A DNA stretch of 48,540 bases from Desulfobacterales bacterium (GCA_020060085.1 JAGVAW010000034.1:1-48540); one strand, 5' to 3'; counted from the first letter of the stretch, positions 7,636 through 17,358 are shown. The notes: generated by a model not told the origin, from the letters alone. Program-made: numbers and translations.

Positions 7636-9099
7636 TCAGGTGTGGGCCAGAGGAAGGCGAACAGTGAATATGCTGCCTGCGCCCGGCCTGCTTTTAACGC
7701 TTATGCTGCCGTAGTGGGCCTGGACAAGGCTTTTGACAATGGAAAGCCCAAGCCCTGTGCCAATGATGTTGCGGGTCTGCTGGTTCTTGACCCTGTAAAA
7801 GCGGGTGAAGATGCTGTCCAGCTCGTCTATGGGTATACCAAAACCCGTGTCAGACACATCCATCTTGAGATATTCGTTCTCAACATCCGCAGACACAACC
7901 ACCTTGCCGCCGTCCGGCGTGTATTTTATGGCGTTGGTCACAAGGTTTGAGATTATTTCCTCCATGCTCTGCCGGCTTGCCAGGATTTTGGGCAAATCCT
8001 GCACTATTTCCAGGGTCAGTTCAATGTTTTTGGCCTTTGCGGTTTCGCTGTGGAGCAGAACCTGCTCGCGCAATATCTGCGCCATGTCAACAGTCTGCTT
8101 TTCCTGGCTTATGAGACCCGACTCAATTCTGGCAAGGTCCAACAGCTCGCTCACAAGGCAGGTGAGGCTGTGTATTCTCTGACATGCCCTTTCAAGAATT
8201 TCCTTCTGTTTGCCGGTCACATCCCCTGCCAGGCCGTCCAGTATGACTTTGAGCTGAGCCATGACAGAGGTCATAGGACTGCGAATCTCATGGGATACCA
8301 TTGAAACAAAGTCGGACTTCATCTTGTCCATCTTTTTGAGCGCAGTTATGTCGTTTAGAACTGTTATGGTTCCCATTGTGAGGCCGGTACGCGAGCGGAA
8401 GGGGGCGCAGCGGGCGGTAAAAATCCTTTCATCGCCGCCGTTCTCCTCAAGCTGGGCGGTAATTTCGCTACCTGAGCTTGCTGGCAGCTCAAGGGCTTTG
8501 TCAATGAGATCCAACATGGTCTTGTTTTCAATTATTTCGTCAGCCTTCTGGCCGATTACGCCCTTGCCGTGATAACCCATCATGTGGAGAAAGGCGGGAT
8601 TGGCAAGCACAATTTTCTTGTTGCTGTCCGTTGTCATCACCCCGTCCATGAGACGGTTTACCATTACCCTTAATCTTGACCTTGTCTCTGCAATATCTGC
8701 AAGCGCGCGGTTATGCTCAAGGGCTTTGGCCACCACGATCCTTAACTGTTCCGGCGTGAAGGGTTTGGGAATGAAGTCAAAGGCGCCGTTTTTCATTGCC
8801 TTTATGGAGTGTTCCACAGTTGCGTAGCCTGTTATGACTATGACAACCGTGTCCGGATGGCGCGCACGGATGCGTTCAAGCACATCCAGGCCTGAAAGGG
8901 CCGGAAGCATGAGATCCACCAGGACAACATCAAAGTGGCGCTCCTCAATCATTTTAAGGCCGGACTTGCCCTCTGCGGCAAGCTCCACATCAAAGCCCTG
9001 TTCCGAAAGGACAATCCGGCAGCCTTCGCGGATGCGCGGCTCGTCATCCACAACCAGGATGCTTGGCCTGCATGGCTCTCCCCTCAAATCTTCCACCAT
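7636..9099 (-). CDS. Hybrid sensor histidine kinase (REC-PAS-HisKA-HATPase)
   Basis: REC motifs ILVVDDEP...VLVDLMLP...IPKPF. H-box SHEIRSP. N, G1 and G2 boxes NLVTNAIKYT, DTGFGIP and GTGLGLSIV. Confidence 0.9.
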   Translation of the reverse strand: MVEDLRGEPCRPSILVVDDEPRIREGCRIVLSEQGFDVELAAEGKSGLKMIEERHFDVVLVDLMLPALSGLDVLERIRARHPDTVVIVITGYATVEHSIKAMKNGAFDFIPKPFTPEQLRIVVAKALEHNRALADIAETRSRLRVMVNRLMDGVMTTDSNKKIVLANPAFLHMMGYHGKGVIGQKADEIIENKTMLDLIDKALELPASSGSEITAQLEENGGDERIFTARCAPFRSRTGLTMGTITVLNDITALKKMDKMKSDFVSMVSHEIRSPMTSVMAQLKVILDGLAGDVTGKQKEILERACQRIHSLTCLVSELLDLARIESGLISQEKQTVDMAQILREQVLLHSETAKAKNIELTLEIVQDLPKILASRQSMEEIISNLVTNAIKYTPDGGKVVVSADVENEYLKMDVSDTGFGIPIDELDSIFTRFYRVKNQQTRNIIGTGLGLSIVKSLVQAHYGSISVKSRPGAGSIFTVRLPLAHT

Positions 9100-9103
9100 T
9101 TTA

Positions 9104-10645
9104 TTAAATTTCCTCTATGTTTCCATTTACGGCTTCCTGCCCTTCTGTAGGCGGGGCCTGGGGCATTTCCAGCCGGAAGGTGGTTCCTTTGGGACTGCTT
9201 TCCTTGATGTAGATACGCCCGTGGTTTTCGTTTACAATGCCATAGGCCATGCTCAAACCAAGACCGGTTCCCTTGCCTGGCTCCTTGGTCGTGAAAAGGG
9301 GGTCGAACACCTTGCTCAAGTTGACTTCCAGAATGCCGCAGCCCGTGTCGGAAATCTCTATGCAGGCCATGTTGGTTTTGGGGTCAGCAAAGGTCCGGCA
9401 GGTGAGAATCCCTTCATTGTCCATTGCATCTATGGCGTTTATTATGAGGTTGACCAGAACCTGGCTTAACTGGTTCTTGTCCGCATTGATAAAAATTGCG
9501 TCCGGACAGAGGTCTTTGACCACCTGAACATTCATGAACATCTTTTGGTCGCGGATAAGGTTGAAGCTTTCCTCCACAAGGCTGTTTACAGCAAAAACCT
9601 TTTTTGACGGACTGCTCTGGCGGCTGTAGGCCAGAAGGCCCTTTATGATGTCCCTGCACCGTTGGGCGTCTTCAAGAACATATTGCAGGCTCTTTGCCTG
9701 GGGATCATCCTTTTCAAATCTTTCCAGCATTATGTTGCCAAACAGAAGAATGCTTGTAAGGGGGTTGTTTATCTCGTGAGCAACGCCTGCGGCAAGCCTT
9801 CCTAAAGAGGCCAGCTTTTCAGACTGCATGAGCTGGGCCTGGGTCTCCTGAAGCTTTTTCTCAACAGCCAGCTTCTCCCGCAGGTCATTGAAGATGCCCA
9901 TTGAGGCAACTTCCTGGTTATCCTCATAAATTATGGCGGCTGTCATCTCCACAGGAATTTTCTCTCCGTTTTTGCGGATGATGGTTGCCTGGGTTAGATG
10001 CAGCTTGCCAGGGCCGCCAATATGTTCGTTGCGGAGCATTTTCATTATCTCCCTGGCCATGCCCGGAGGATAGACATCCCTTATGTTTATACTGTCCGCT
10101 TCCTCGGCCCAGTAGCCAAAAAGGTTTTCCGCAGCCTGGTTGAAAAGAATTATCTTCCCCTTGATATCGGCAGCCACTATGGCGCTGGCCGAGCTGTGCA
10201 CAACCTTGTGGAGCAGCTCCTGTACGCCGCTGTACATTTTTTCAAGGTTTTTGAAACGGGTTGCATCCCGAACGCTTTCCATCACATAGAGGACCTTGCC
10301 GTCCTTATCCAGAATGGGCGAAAAAACCCGATCCTCCCATTTTTCTGCGCCCTGGGCATCACGAATCCTTCTTATGACCGAGGTGCCCTTCCCGGTTTCA
10401 ATGGTCTGCTTTAAAGGGCAGCGCTCCTGGGAATAAAGGCAGGGCAGGTCATTGCTGTAAAAATATTGGGAGAAAACCTCCTGGCAGGTCCGGCCTATCA
10501 CCTGCTCGTGGGTAAGCCCTGTTTTTTTGAGAAAGCCCTCATTGGCGGATACAATGATCATGTCCGGCGTAAGCACAAGGGTAGGAAAGGAAAGGGAATC
10601 AAAGACCCTTATCCGCCAGTCTATTTCCTTTTTGATCTTTTCCAT
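9104..10645 (-). CDS. Sensor histidine kinase with tandem PAS domains (soluble)
   Basis: PAS-like N-terminal halves, H-box AHEINNPL, and NLIINAIDAM, DTGCGI, GTGLGLSMAYGIV. Confidence 0.9.
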   Translation of the reverse strand: MEKIKKEIDWRIRVFDSLSFPTLVLTPDMIIVSANEGFLKKTGLTHEQVIGRTCQEVFSQYFYSNDLPCLYSQERCPLKQTIETGKGTSVIRRIRDAQGAEKWEDRVFSPILDKDGKVLYVMESVRDATRFKNLEKMYSGVQELLHKVVHSSASAIVAADIKGKIILFNQAAENLFGYWAEEADSINIRDVYPPGMAREIMKMLRNEHIGGPGKLHLTQATIIRKNGEKIPVEMTAAIIYEDNQEVASMGIFNDLREKLAVEKKLQETQAQLMQSEKLASLGRLAAGVAHEINNPLTSILLFGNIMLERFEKDDPQAKSLQYVLEDAQRCRDIIKGLLAYSRQSSPSKKVFAVNSLVEESFNLIRDQKMFMNVQVVKDLCPDAIFINADKNQLSQVLVNLIINAIDAMDNEGILTCRTFADPKTNMACIEISDTGCGILEVNLSKVFDPLFTTKEPGKGTGLGLSMAYGIVNENHGRIYIKESSPKGTTFRLEMPQAPPTEGQEAVNGNIEEI

Positions 10646-11748
10646 TATGCCCGGTCATCCGTCTTTTTACGGGGTTGGGCCTTGGGCACCATAAAATTGA
10701 CCTCAAGCATTTTAGCTGCTTCGCAGGCCCTATTTTGCGGCACAACAAGCCCTATGGTTGTGCCTGTGCAACAGGCCCCCACAAGAATCCCCGGCTTTTG
10801 GGCAAGCAGACTTATGGCTGCATCCGCTATTCCGTAGCGATCCTCAAAATGGGGGCCAAAAAGAAAAAGTGCTTCCGCTTCGCGCATCATTTCCATGGTG
10901 CTACCAGGTCCGGAATCTATGAGAGCGGCAATTTTTGCGGCAAGCTTTTGGGCAGATGCCGACTCCATCAGCAGTAAAAGACTCTGCCTGCCTTCGGGCA
11001 TGGCCCGGCCCATTGCCAGATCAAAGGATGTACCCTGCCTGCCCACCTCCTCCAAAAGACCGCCCAGCAAGGCAAGCCTTTCCTGAAGAAAGGTAAGAAT
11101 TATAAGATACAGCCCTGTTTTTTGGCTTATTGTGTAAACGGGAATCTTGTTGTTGCGCAAAAAAGAATTGTCATCCTCCGTGACCAGGGGCGCGTTTTTG
11201 GGAGGCTGAAAACGGAAGCGCTCCATATCGAGTTCCTGGTAAAAGGGAGCGTGTCCTTCTGCCAGGTCAAGCACGGCAAGCAGGCAGGATATGGCCTCCT
11301 CAAGCTTGGCATAATCCACAATCACCGTTATTGCGGAGATGGAGGAGCCTGTTGCATGAATAAAGATTCCAGCTTGGGCCAGGGCCTTTAGCACAGCGCC
11401 CGCAAGAGCAAGGCTGCTCTTGTGGGGATAAACCATTATGGTGCCGACAGGTTTTTGCTCCAGGCACGATTCCGTTTTGCAGGAGTCGCCCAGGGCAAGA
11501 GAGGCCGGATGAAAATCTCCCAAAGCCGTGCAAAAAAAACCGTTTTGCGAAGCTCCCTGCGGGATGATGTTCAAAAAGGGCAGGTTTATCCTCTTTTGGG
11601 CAAGACTTTTCAGAAATCCGTCGGGGCCTGGATTGCCCCCGCCCTCCCAGCCTGCGTTAAGAAAAGCAAGCTTGGCGCTTATCCGAAGGCCATTTATCCG
11701 AATTTTTTCTTTTGCCAAAGCCATGTTGCTATGGTCTGTTTCCGGCAT
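10645..11748 (-). CDS. Hypothetical protein with repeated ACT-like (aspartokinase regulatory-type) segments
   Basis: The gene sits co-directionally between REC and kinase genes, with a 1-nt overlap downstream. Segments such as LAGAVLKALAQAGIFIHATGSSISAITVIVDYAKLEEAISCL and GIADAAISLLAQKPGILVGACCTGTTIGLVVPQNRACEAAKML look ACT-like. The family call is tentative. Confidence 0.45.
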   Translation of the reverse strand: MPETDHSNMALAKEKIRINGLRISAKLAFLNAGWEGGGNPGPDGFLKSLAQKRINLPFLNIIPQGASQNGFFCTALGDFHPASLALGDSCKTESCLEQKPVGTIMVYPHKSSLALAGAVLKALAQAGIFIHATGSSISAITVIVDYAKLEEAISCLLAVLDLAEGHAPFYQELDMERFRFQPPKNAPLVTEDDNSFLRNNKIPVYTISQKTGLYLIILTFLQERLALLGGLLEEVGRQGTSFDLAMGRAMPEGRQSLLLLMESASAQKLAAKIAALIDSGPGSTMEMMREAEALFLFGPHFEDRYGIADAAISLLAQKPGILVGACCTGTTIGLVVPQNRACEAAKMLEVNFMVPKAQPRKKTDDRA

Positions 11749-11805
11749 TTTCCCAACGCCGTGAAGGCAGGCCCCGGAGAGCAGTCTCCGGGGCCTTGTG
11801 CCAAG

Positions 11806-12192
11806 TTATTGCAAATTGCTTTTCACGATGTCCATAAGCTCATCCAGATCAATGGGCTTTGGAATGTAGTCATCTGCAAAGGTTGTTTTGCCGCTGTGGT
11901 GGGTGTAGTTTGTGGTGCGAACATTGTCAGCCACGGCGGTTAGCAGAATCACGACTATATCCTTGTATTCATCGGATTTCTTGATTTCATCGCAAAGCTG
12001 GTAGCCGTCTTTTCTGGGCATCATCACATCCAGGATGATAAGTTCCGGACGCTCCTCTTTTATCCTGTCCCATGCCTCAACGCCGTCATAGGCCTTGGCC
12101 ACGCGGTAATTCAAGCTCTCCAGCTTCATGGACATGGATTCCACCAGGTCCGCATCGTCATCCACCACCAGAATGAGTTTGTCCTTGCTCAT
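11806..12192 (-). CDS. Single-domain response regulator (CheY-like REC)
   Basis: Motifs LILVVDDD...LIILDVMMP...ILLTA...YIPKP. The ATG at 12192 is preceded by AAGGAGAA. The ORF track start at 12234 is a TTG. Confidence 0.85.
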   Translation of the reverse strand: MSKDKLILVVDDDADLVESMSMKLESLNYRVAKAYDGVEAWDRIKEERPELIILDVMMPRKDGYQLCDEIKKSDEYKDIVVILLTAVADNVRTTNYTHHSGKTTFADDYIPKPIDLDELMDIVKSNLQ

Positions 12193-12240
12193 GTTTGCTT
12201 CTCCTTTGTTTGACTTGTTTTGGCTTTTGACCAAAACTGT

Positions 12241-13167
12241 TTATGCGACCTGGGGCCGTGGCAGAAGTCCGGCTCTTTCCACAATTTCGGGCACTATTTT
12301 TTCCCATTCGATGGCCATGATATGGAAACCGGCCACACCTTCCACCTGACTTAGCCGCTGTATTGTCTCGATGCAGATGTCAACGCCTTCCTGGGCCTGC
12401 TCCTCTTTGGGCTTTGCAGCCATTCTGGCGACAACATCATCGGGCACATCCATGCCCGGAACCTTGTTTTTCATATAACGGGCCATGCCCGCAGACTTCA
12501 TGGGAGTAACACCTGCCAGGATGTAACATTTTTCGTGCAGGCCGCGGTTTCTCACCCCTTCCATCCACTTTTCGAACTTGGGAATATTGTAGATGCACTG
12601 GGTCTGGATGAAATCCACGCCTGCCGCCACTTTTTTGGCAAGGCGCATCACGCGCAGCTCAAAGGGGTCTGCAAAGGGGTTTGCCGCAGCTCCGATGAAC
12701 ATTTTTGGGGGGTTTTCAATTTCCGCTCCGCCCTGGAACCTGCCTTCATCTCGCATGGTCTTTACCATCTGGATGAGCTGGATGGAGTCAATATCATGCA
12801 CGCTGGCAGCCATGGGGTGGTCGCCGAAATGAGGGTGATCCCCGGAAAGGCACAGCATTGTGTCGATTCCGTGGGCGTAGGCAGACAGGATTTCCGACTG
12901 CATGGCAAGGCGGTTCCTGTCGCGGGTCACCATCTGAAGCAGGGGGTTAAGGCCCATCTGCCTCAATAAAATGGATGCGCCAAGGCTTGACATTCTTACC
13001 ATTGCAGTCTGGTTGTCTGTAACATTGACTGCATCCACGAATCCGGCAAGCAACTGGCCCTTTTCCTTCACCTTTTCCGGCACAGCACCGCGGGGCGGGC
13101 CGCATTCGGAGGTCACTGCCAGATTTCCGTTAGCCAAAACTTTTTCCAGCACGCTGTTGGTTTTCAT
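12241..13167 (-). CDS. metF: Methylenetetrahydrofolate reductase (MetF, acetogen/SRB type)
   Basis: MTHFR-family pattern (AVTSECGPPRGA..., DAVNVTDNQ..., CLSGDHP...). It overlaps the upstream MetV-like gene by 4 nt. Confidence 0.8.
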   Translation of the reverse strand: MKTNSVLEKVLANGNLAVTSECGPPRGAVPEKVKEKGQLLAGFVDAVNVTDNQTAMVRMSSLGASILLRQMGLNPLLQMVTRDRNRLAMQSEILSAYAHGIDTMLCLSGDHPHFGDHPMAASVHDIDSIQLIQMVKTMRDEGRFQGGAEIENPPKMFIGAAANPFADPFELRVMRLAKKVAAGVDFIQTQCIYNIPKFEKWMEGVRNRGLHEKCYILAGVTPMKSAGMARYMKNKVPGMDVPDDVVARMAAKPKEEQAQEGVDICIETIQRLSQVEGVAGFHIMAIEWEKIVPEIVERAGLLPRPQVA

Positions 13168-13832
13168 CCGGCCAGATCCTCTCTCACGATTTTCCGTGGT
13201 CCACCGCCGCCGGCTGTCCGCCAGTCCTTTGCGGGTATGATGTCCAAGTATCTGTCCTCCTGGCCGAGCATCTTGAGCCTGTCCCAGATGAGCTGCCAGG
13301 CGCAGTCAACTTCCTTGCTTATTTCGCATTTGCCGTTTGTGGACCCGCCGCAAGGGCCGTTCATGAGCTGCTTGGAGCAGCGGGCGATGGGGCAGATTCC
13401 GCCGGTGATTCCCAAAAGGCAGTTGCCGCAGCCCTGGCATCTTTCAGCCCAGACTCCCTGCCTCTCGGAAGCTCCCATGAACTTGGTGTTAACCGCAGGG
13501 AAAACAGGCTTGTTCTTGTAGCGGCGGGCCATCTCCTGAACCCCGCAGCCGCAGGCCATGGAGACAACCGCATCCACGCCGTCCATCATCCCCACAATCT
13601 CTTCCACATATTCCGGATCGCATTGGCGCTCCAGGGTGTGCTCCTTGATCTCAATGCTCTTGCCCGCAGAGAGAAATGCCGATTGCAGGGCGCTAGACAA
13701 AAGCCCCACCTCCTTTCGCCCTCCGGCGGAGCAGACCGTCACGCACTCATTGCAGCCAACAAGAAGAATGCGGTTAAACGGCTGGATGTAATCCATTATT
13801 TCCTTTAGAGGCTTTCGTTCTGCTGTTATCAT
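13164..13832 (-). CDS. metV: MetV-like zinc/Fe-S subunit (MTHFR C-terminal-domain family)
   Basis: Cys-rich, with the hallmark CSKQLMNGPCGGSTNGKCE. The N-terminal part is LVGCNECVTVCSAGG. Confidence 0.7.
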   Translation of the reverse strand: MITAERKPLKEIMDYIQPFNRILLVGCNECVTVCSAGGRKEVGLLSSALQSAFLSAGKSIEIKEHTLERQCDPEYVEEIVGMMDGVDAVVSMACGCGVQEMARRYKNKPVFPAVNTKFMGASERQGVWAERCQGCGNCLLGITGGICPIARCSKQLMNGPCGGSTNGKCEISKEVDCAWQLIWDRLKMLGQEDRYLDIIPAKDWRTAGGGGPRKIVREDLAG

Positions 13833-13864
13833 TATTTAAACCTTTCCCTTGTGGCCGCCCTTTG

Positions 13865-14308
13865 TCAGGACGCCTTTTGCCTTGCCTGTTGCTCCAGTTG
13901 CGTGTGCACCGGGCTTGGGCCAAGCTCCCTTATTTTTTCGGTCATTTCTTTTGCCTTGCGGGCAAAAAACTCGCCCATCCCGGCAGACATGAAAACCATC
14001 TCAAGCCTGTCGCCGCCAATGCCGATTTCATCCAAAGACTTCCTTAAATACTGAACCTGCTTTTCGGCTTTGAGGTTGCCGTTCTTGAAATGACAGTCCC
14101 CTTCAAGGCAGCCTGCCACATAGACTCCGTCAGCGCCCCTTTCAAAGGCCTTGAGAATGTGGATTGCATCCACCTTGCCGGAGCAGGGCACCCGGATGAT
14201 CTTCACATTGGGCGGATAGTCAAGCCGCTGGCTGCCTGCCATGTCCGCAGCCGTGTATGCACAGTAGTGGCAGCAGAAGGCCACTATCACGGGTTCAAAC
14301 TTTTCCAT
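13865..14308 (-). CDS. mvhD: MvhD/FlpD-like [2Fe-2S] protein
   Basis: Translation EPVIVAFCCHYCAYTAADMAGSQRLDYPPNVKIIRVPCSGKVD...GADGVYVAGCLEGDCHF. The start shares 1 nt with the hdrA stop (TGATG). Confidence 0.85.
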   Translation of the reverse strand: MEKFEPVIVAFCCHYCAYTAADMAGSQRLDYPPNVKIIRVPCSGKVDAIHILKAFERGADGVYVAGCLEGDCHFKNGNLKAEKQVQYLRKSLDEIGIGGDRLEMVFMSAGMGEFFARKAKEMTEKIRELGPSPVHTQLEQQARQKAS

Positions 14309-17300
14309 CAGGCCACCATCCTTTCAAAGAGGCTTTCCAGCTTGGCCAGAATTCTGTCGTCCTCGAACTGCATCAACTGTATGGCCTTTGCCGGGCACGC
14401 TGCCGCGCAGACTCCGCAGCCCCGGCAGCGGGCCGGGTCTATCTGGGAGTAACCTTCGGCATTGATAAAGGGCACACCAAAGGGGCAGGCGCGTACACAA
14501 ATAAGGCAGGCCGCGCATTTCTGGCCGTCCACCTTTGCCACGGCAGCGCCGGTGCTTATTTCATTAGCGGCCAGCATTGTTCTGGCCCGCGATGCTGCTG
14601 CCTGAGCCTGGGCAATGCTGTCACGGATGTTTTTGGGAGAGTGGGCCGTGCCTGCCACAAAAAAACCGGGAACCGGTAGATCCACAGGCCGCAGCTTCAC
14701 ATGATCCTCAAGGAAGAAGCCGTCCTTTGTTCTGGGCAGCTTGAAGATGAGCGCCAGGTCTTCATTGTTTTCATCATCTGCAACAAGCCCGGTGCTCAAG
14801 CAAAGGCAGTCGGCCTCCACTTCCAGGTCCGCGCCTATAACCGGCTCGTTGAACACCACCTTCACGCATCCGTCCTGGCCCTGGTCCACCTTTGGCGGGG
14901 CATCCTGGGAGTAGCGCACGAAAAACACGCCCTTTTGCCGAGCTTCCTGATAGTAATCCTCCGAAAGACCAAAGGTCCTCATGTCCCTGTAAAGCACGAA
15001 AACGCGGGCATCGGGATTAATCTCAACAATCCTCAAAGCGTTTTTGACAGCAGCCTGGCAGCATATTCTTGAGCAGTTGGGGTTTTCCGGGCTTCTGGAG
15101 CCAACGCACTGAATCATCACAACATTGGACCAGGATTTGACCTTTTCGGGCTTGTCCTCAATAAGGGAATCCATCTCAAGCTGGGTGATAACCGAATCGG
15201 ATTTGCCAAGCAGATACTGATCCGGGTGGTTGCCAAGCGCGCCCGTGGCCAGCACGGTCACGCCGTGCTCAACCTGGCGGTAGAACATTTGAGGCCCCAC
15301 CTGCATTCCTGTTTTAAACATTCCAGGTATGCCACTATGATCAACTATGATTGCGCCTGTGATTACCGATATGTTTTCACTGGCCTTGACCTTTTCAACA
15401 AGCCCGTTGACAAAGGCCCTTACATCTTCGCCCTCAAGGGTTTTGCGGAGTTTTGCCGCATTTCCCCCCAGCTTTGCGCTGCGCTCTGCCAGGTAAACCT
15501 TGTGGCCGTGCCGGGCAAGCTCCAGGGCTGTGGTCATCCCTGCAACACCGCCACCCACCACCAGGGCGTTCTTGTTCATGGGTAAAGTGCTGTCTGCCAG
15601 GGGGCGGGCCATTTTTGCCGCGCCCACAGCCATGCGGATAAGGCTTTGGGCCTTTTTGGCCGCAAGCTCCGGCTCGGCAGCATGAACCCAGGTTATCTGG
15701 TCGCGGATATTGGCCATTTCCAGCAGGTAAGGGTTTAAGCCCGCCTTTCTTATGGTGTCCTGGAAGCGCTTTTCATGGGTTCTTGGAGAGCAGCCGCCAA
15801 TGACAACCCGGTTTAACTTTTCGCTTTCCACAATGCTGGTAATGCGTTCCATGGACTGGCTGCTGCAACCATGCCCCACGCTTTGGGCCACAACCACGCC
15901 GGGAAGGCTTTGCGCATAATCGGCAAGCTTTTGCACATCAAGCACTCCGCCTATGTTCTCGCCGCAGTCGCACAAAAACACGCCCACGCGAGGCTCCTCG
16001 CCGGAAATATCCCTTTCAGGCGGAAATTCCTCTTCCTGGCCGGAGAGGATGCCCTTTGCCGAAAGGTCGCCCGCTGCCATGCAGGCTGCCGCACTACCCT
16101 GGACCATTGTTTCGGGAATATCCTTGGGACTTTCAAAAAGCCCGGCAACATAGATGCCCGGCTTTGATGTGGCGACAGGCGTAAAGCTTCCGGTTTTGGC
16201 AAAGCCGTGGCTGTCAAGATCAATGCCCAGGATGTTTGCCATTTCGCGGGTCTGCTGGCCCACCAAAAACCCGGTGGAGAGAACCACCATGTCAAATTCT
16301 TCGCAGACCTGTTGGGCCTGGCCTTCGGGCAGATATTGAATTTCAAGGCCCTGGGCACCCTGTTTGTGAACAACGCTGTGGGGGCGGCACCTTACAAGAC
16401 GGACTCCGAAGCGCTCCTTTGCCTGCTGGAGGTAAAGCTCGTAGTCTTTGCCAAAGGTGCGCATGTCCATGTAGAAGATTGTGGCCTCGATGCTGTCCTG
16501 GAAGCGCTCCTTTGTCACCATTGCCTCTTTGAGGGCAAACATGCAGCAGGCGCTTGAGCAGTAGGACTGGGCTCCCTTCTGGATGCCCCTGGACCCGATG
16601 CACTGTATCCAGGCTATCTTTTGGGGCTGTTTTTTGTCCGAGGGGCGGACAAGCTGGCCGGAAGTGGGGCCTGAAGCCGAAAGAATGCGCTCGTATTCAA
16701 GGCTTGTAACAATATCGGGCTGGCTGGAGTAGCCCAGATAATCCAGCCCCTTGGGGTCAAAAACCTCTGCCCCTGGGGCAAGCACTATGGAGCCGCATTC
16801 AATGGTGCGGGTTTTTTCCGTATCATCAGGAACAATGGCCTTTGCAGGGCAGATATCCACAAGGGCCTGCAAATCCTTGCAGGCTGCCATGTCAACGGAA
16901 TAAGCCTGGGGTATTGCCTGGGGATAGCGCATGCAGGTTGGTGCCCTGTGGTCAAGGCCGGGGGTAAAGCGCACGCAATCGGGAAAATGCTTAAAACACT
17001 CGCCGCAGGCCGTGCATTTTTCCATGTCAATGTAGCGGGGAGCTGTTTTAACGGTCACGGAGAAGGCCCCGCGCTCGCCCTCCATGCCGGTTATCTGCGT
17101 CATGGTCAAGAGTTCAATGCGCTCCTGGCGACCGCTTTGTGAAAGGTGCGGCGAAAGTGTGCACAGGTCGCAGTTGTTTGTCGGAAAGGTGCGGTCAAGC
17201 TGGGTCATAAGACCGCCGATGGAGCGGGCGCTGTCAACAAGAACAACGCTGTGCCCAGACTCGGCAAGGTCCAGCATTGTTCGTATTCCGCCCATTCCAC

Positions 17301-17358
17301 CGCCGACAACCAGCACCCTGTTGTCCGGTTTGTTATCAAGTTGATATGACATATTCAC
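14308..17358 (-). CDS. hdrA: Tandem HdrA-like FAD/Fe-S flavoprotein (1016 aa)
   Basis: Two GxGxxG FAD folds (VLVVGGGMGGIRTMLDLAESGH, ALVVGGGVAGMTTALELARHGH). An internal HdrA N-domain motif VGVFLCDCGENIGG. Blocks QCIGSR...CSSACC and QCVGSR...CSRICC. C-terminal CAACLICVRACP and CRGCGVCAAACP. Confidence 0.85.
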   Translation of the reverse strand: MNMSYQLDNKPDNRVLVVGGGMGGIRTMLDLAESGHSVVLVDSARSIGGLMTQLDRTFPTNNCDLCTLSPHLSQSGRQERIELLTMTQITGMEGERGAFSVTVKTAPRYIDMEKCTACGECFKHFPDCVRFTPGLDHRAPTCMRYPQAIPQAYSVDMAACKDLQALVDICPAKAIVPDDTEKTRTIECGSIVLAPGAEVFDPKGLDYLGYSSQPDIVTSLEYERILSASGPTSGQLVRPSDKKQPQKIAWIQCIGSRGIQKGAQSYCSSACCMFALKEAMVTKERFQDSIEATIFYMDMRTFGKDYELYLQQAKERFGVRLVRCRPHSVVHKQGAQGLEIQYLPEGQAQQVCEEFDMVVLSTGFLVGQQTREMANILGIDLDSHGFAKTGSFTPVATSKPGIYVAGLFESPKDIPETMVQGSAAACMAAGDLSAKGILSGQEEEFPPERDISGEEPRVGVFLCDCGENIGGVLDVQKLADYAQSLPGVVVAQSVGHGCSSQSMERITSIVESEKLNRVVIGGCSPRTHEKRFQDTIRKAGLNPYLLEMANIRDQITWVHAAEPELAAKKAQSLIRMAVGAAKMARPLADSTLPMNKNALVVGGGVAGMTTALELARHGHKVYLAERSAKLGGNAAKLRKTLEGEDVRAFVNGLVEKVKASENISVITGAIIVDHSGIPGMFKTGMQVGPQMFYRQVEHGVTVLATGALGNHPDQYLLGKSDSVITQLEMDSLIEDKPEKVKSWSNVVMIQCVGSRSPENPNCSRICCQAAVKNALRIVEINPDARVFVLYRDMRTFGLSEDYYQEARQKGVFFVRYSQDAPPKVDQGQDGCVKVVFNEPVIGADLEVEADCLCLSTGLVADDENNEDLALIFKLPRTKDGFFLEDHVKLRPVDLPVPGFFVAGTAHSPKNIRDSIAQAQAAASRARTMLAANEISTGAAVAKVDGQKCAACLICVRACPFGVPFINAEGYSQIDPARCRGCGVCAAACPAKAIQLMQFEDDRILAKLESLFERMVA

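Noticed and set aside
8834-9469. A 211-aa plus-strand ORF spanning the junction of the two minus-strand kinase genes. Similar antisense ORFs occur at 18099..18890, 29086..29721, 30205..30882, 34237..34938, 35345..36001 and 44810..45451.
   Set aside because: All are antisense to ORFs with clear domain signatures. They are Ser/Arg/Ala/Pro-rich and have no start context. I treat them as shadow ORFs.
13865-17358. Looked for further in-frame TGA (Sec) codons in HdrA, MvhD and HdrL, which are Sec-containing in some deltaproteobacteria.
   Set aside because: All of these ORFs are uninterrupted. The relevant motifs carry Cys (FCCHYCAY and FVCNWCTY in the two MvhD copies). No other same-frame ORF pair separated by a single TGA was seen in the track.
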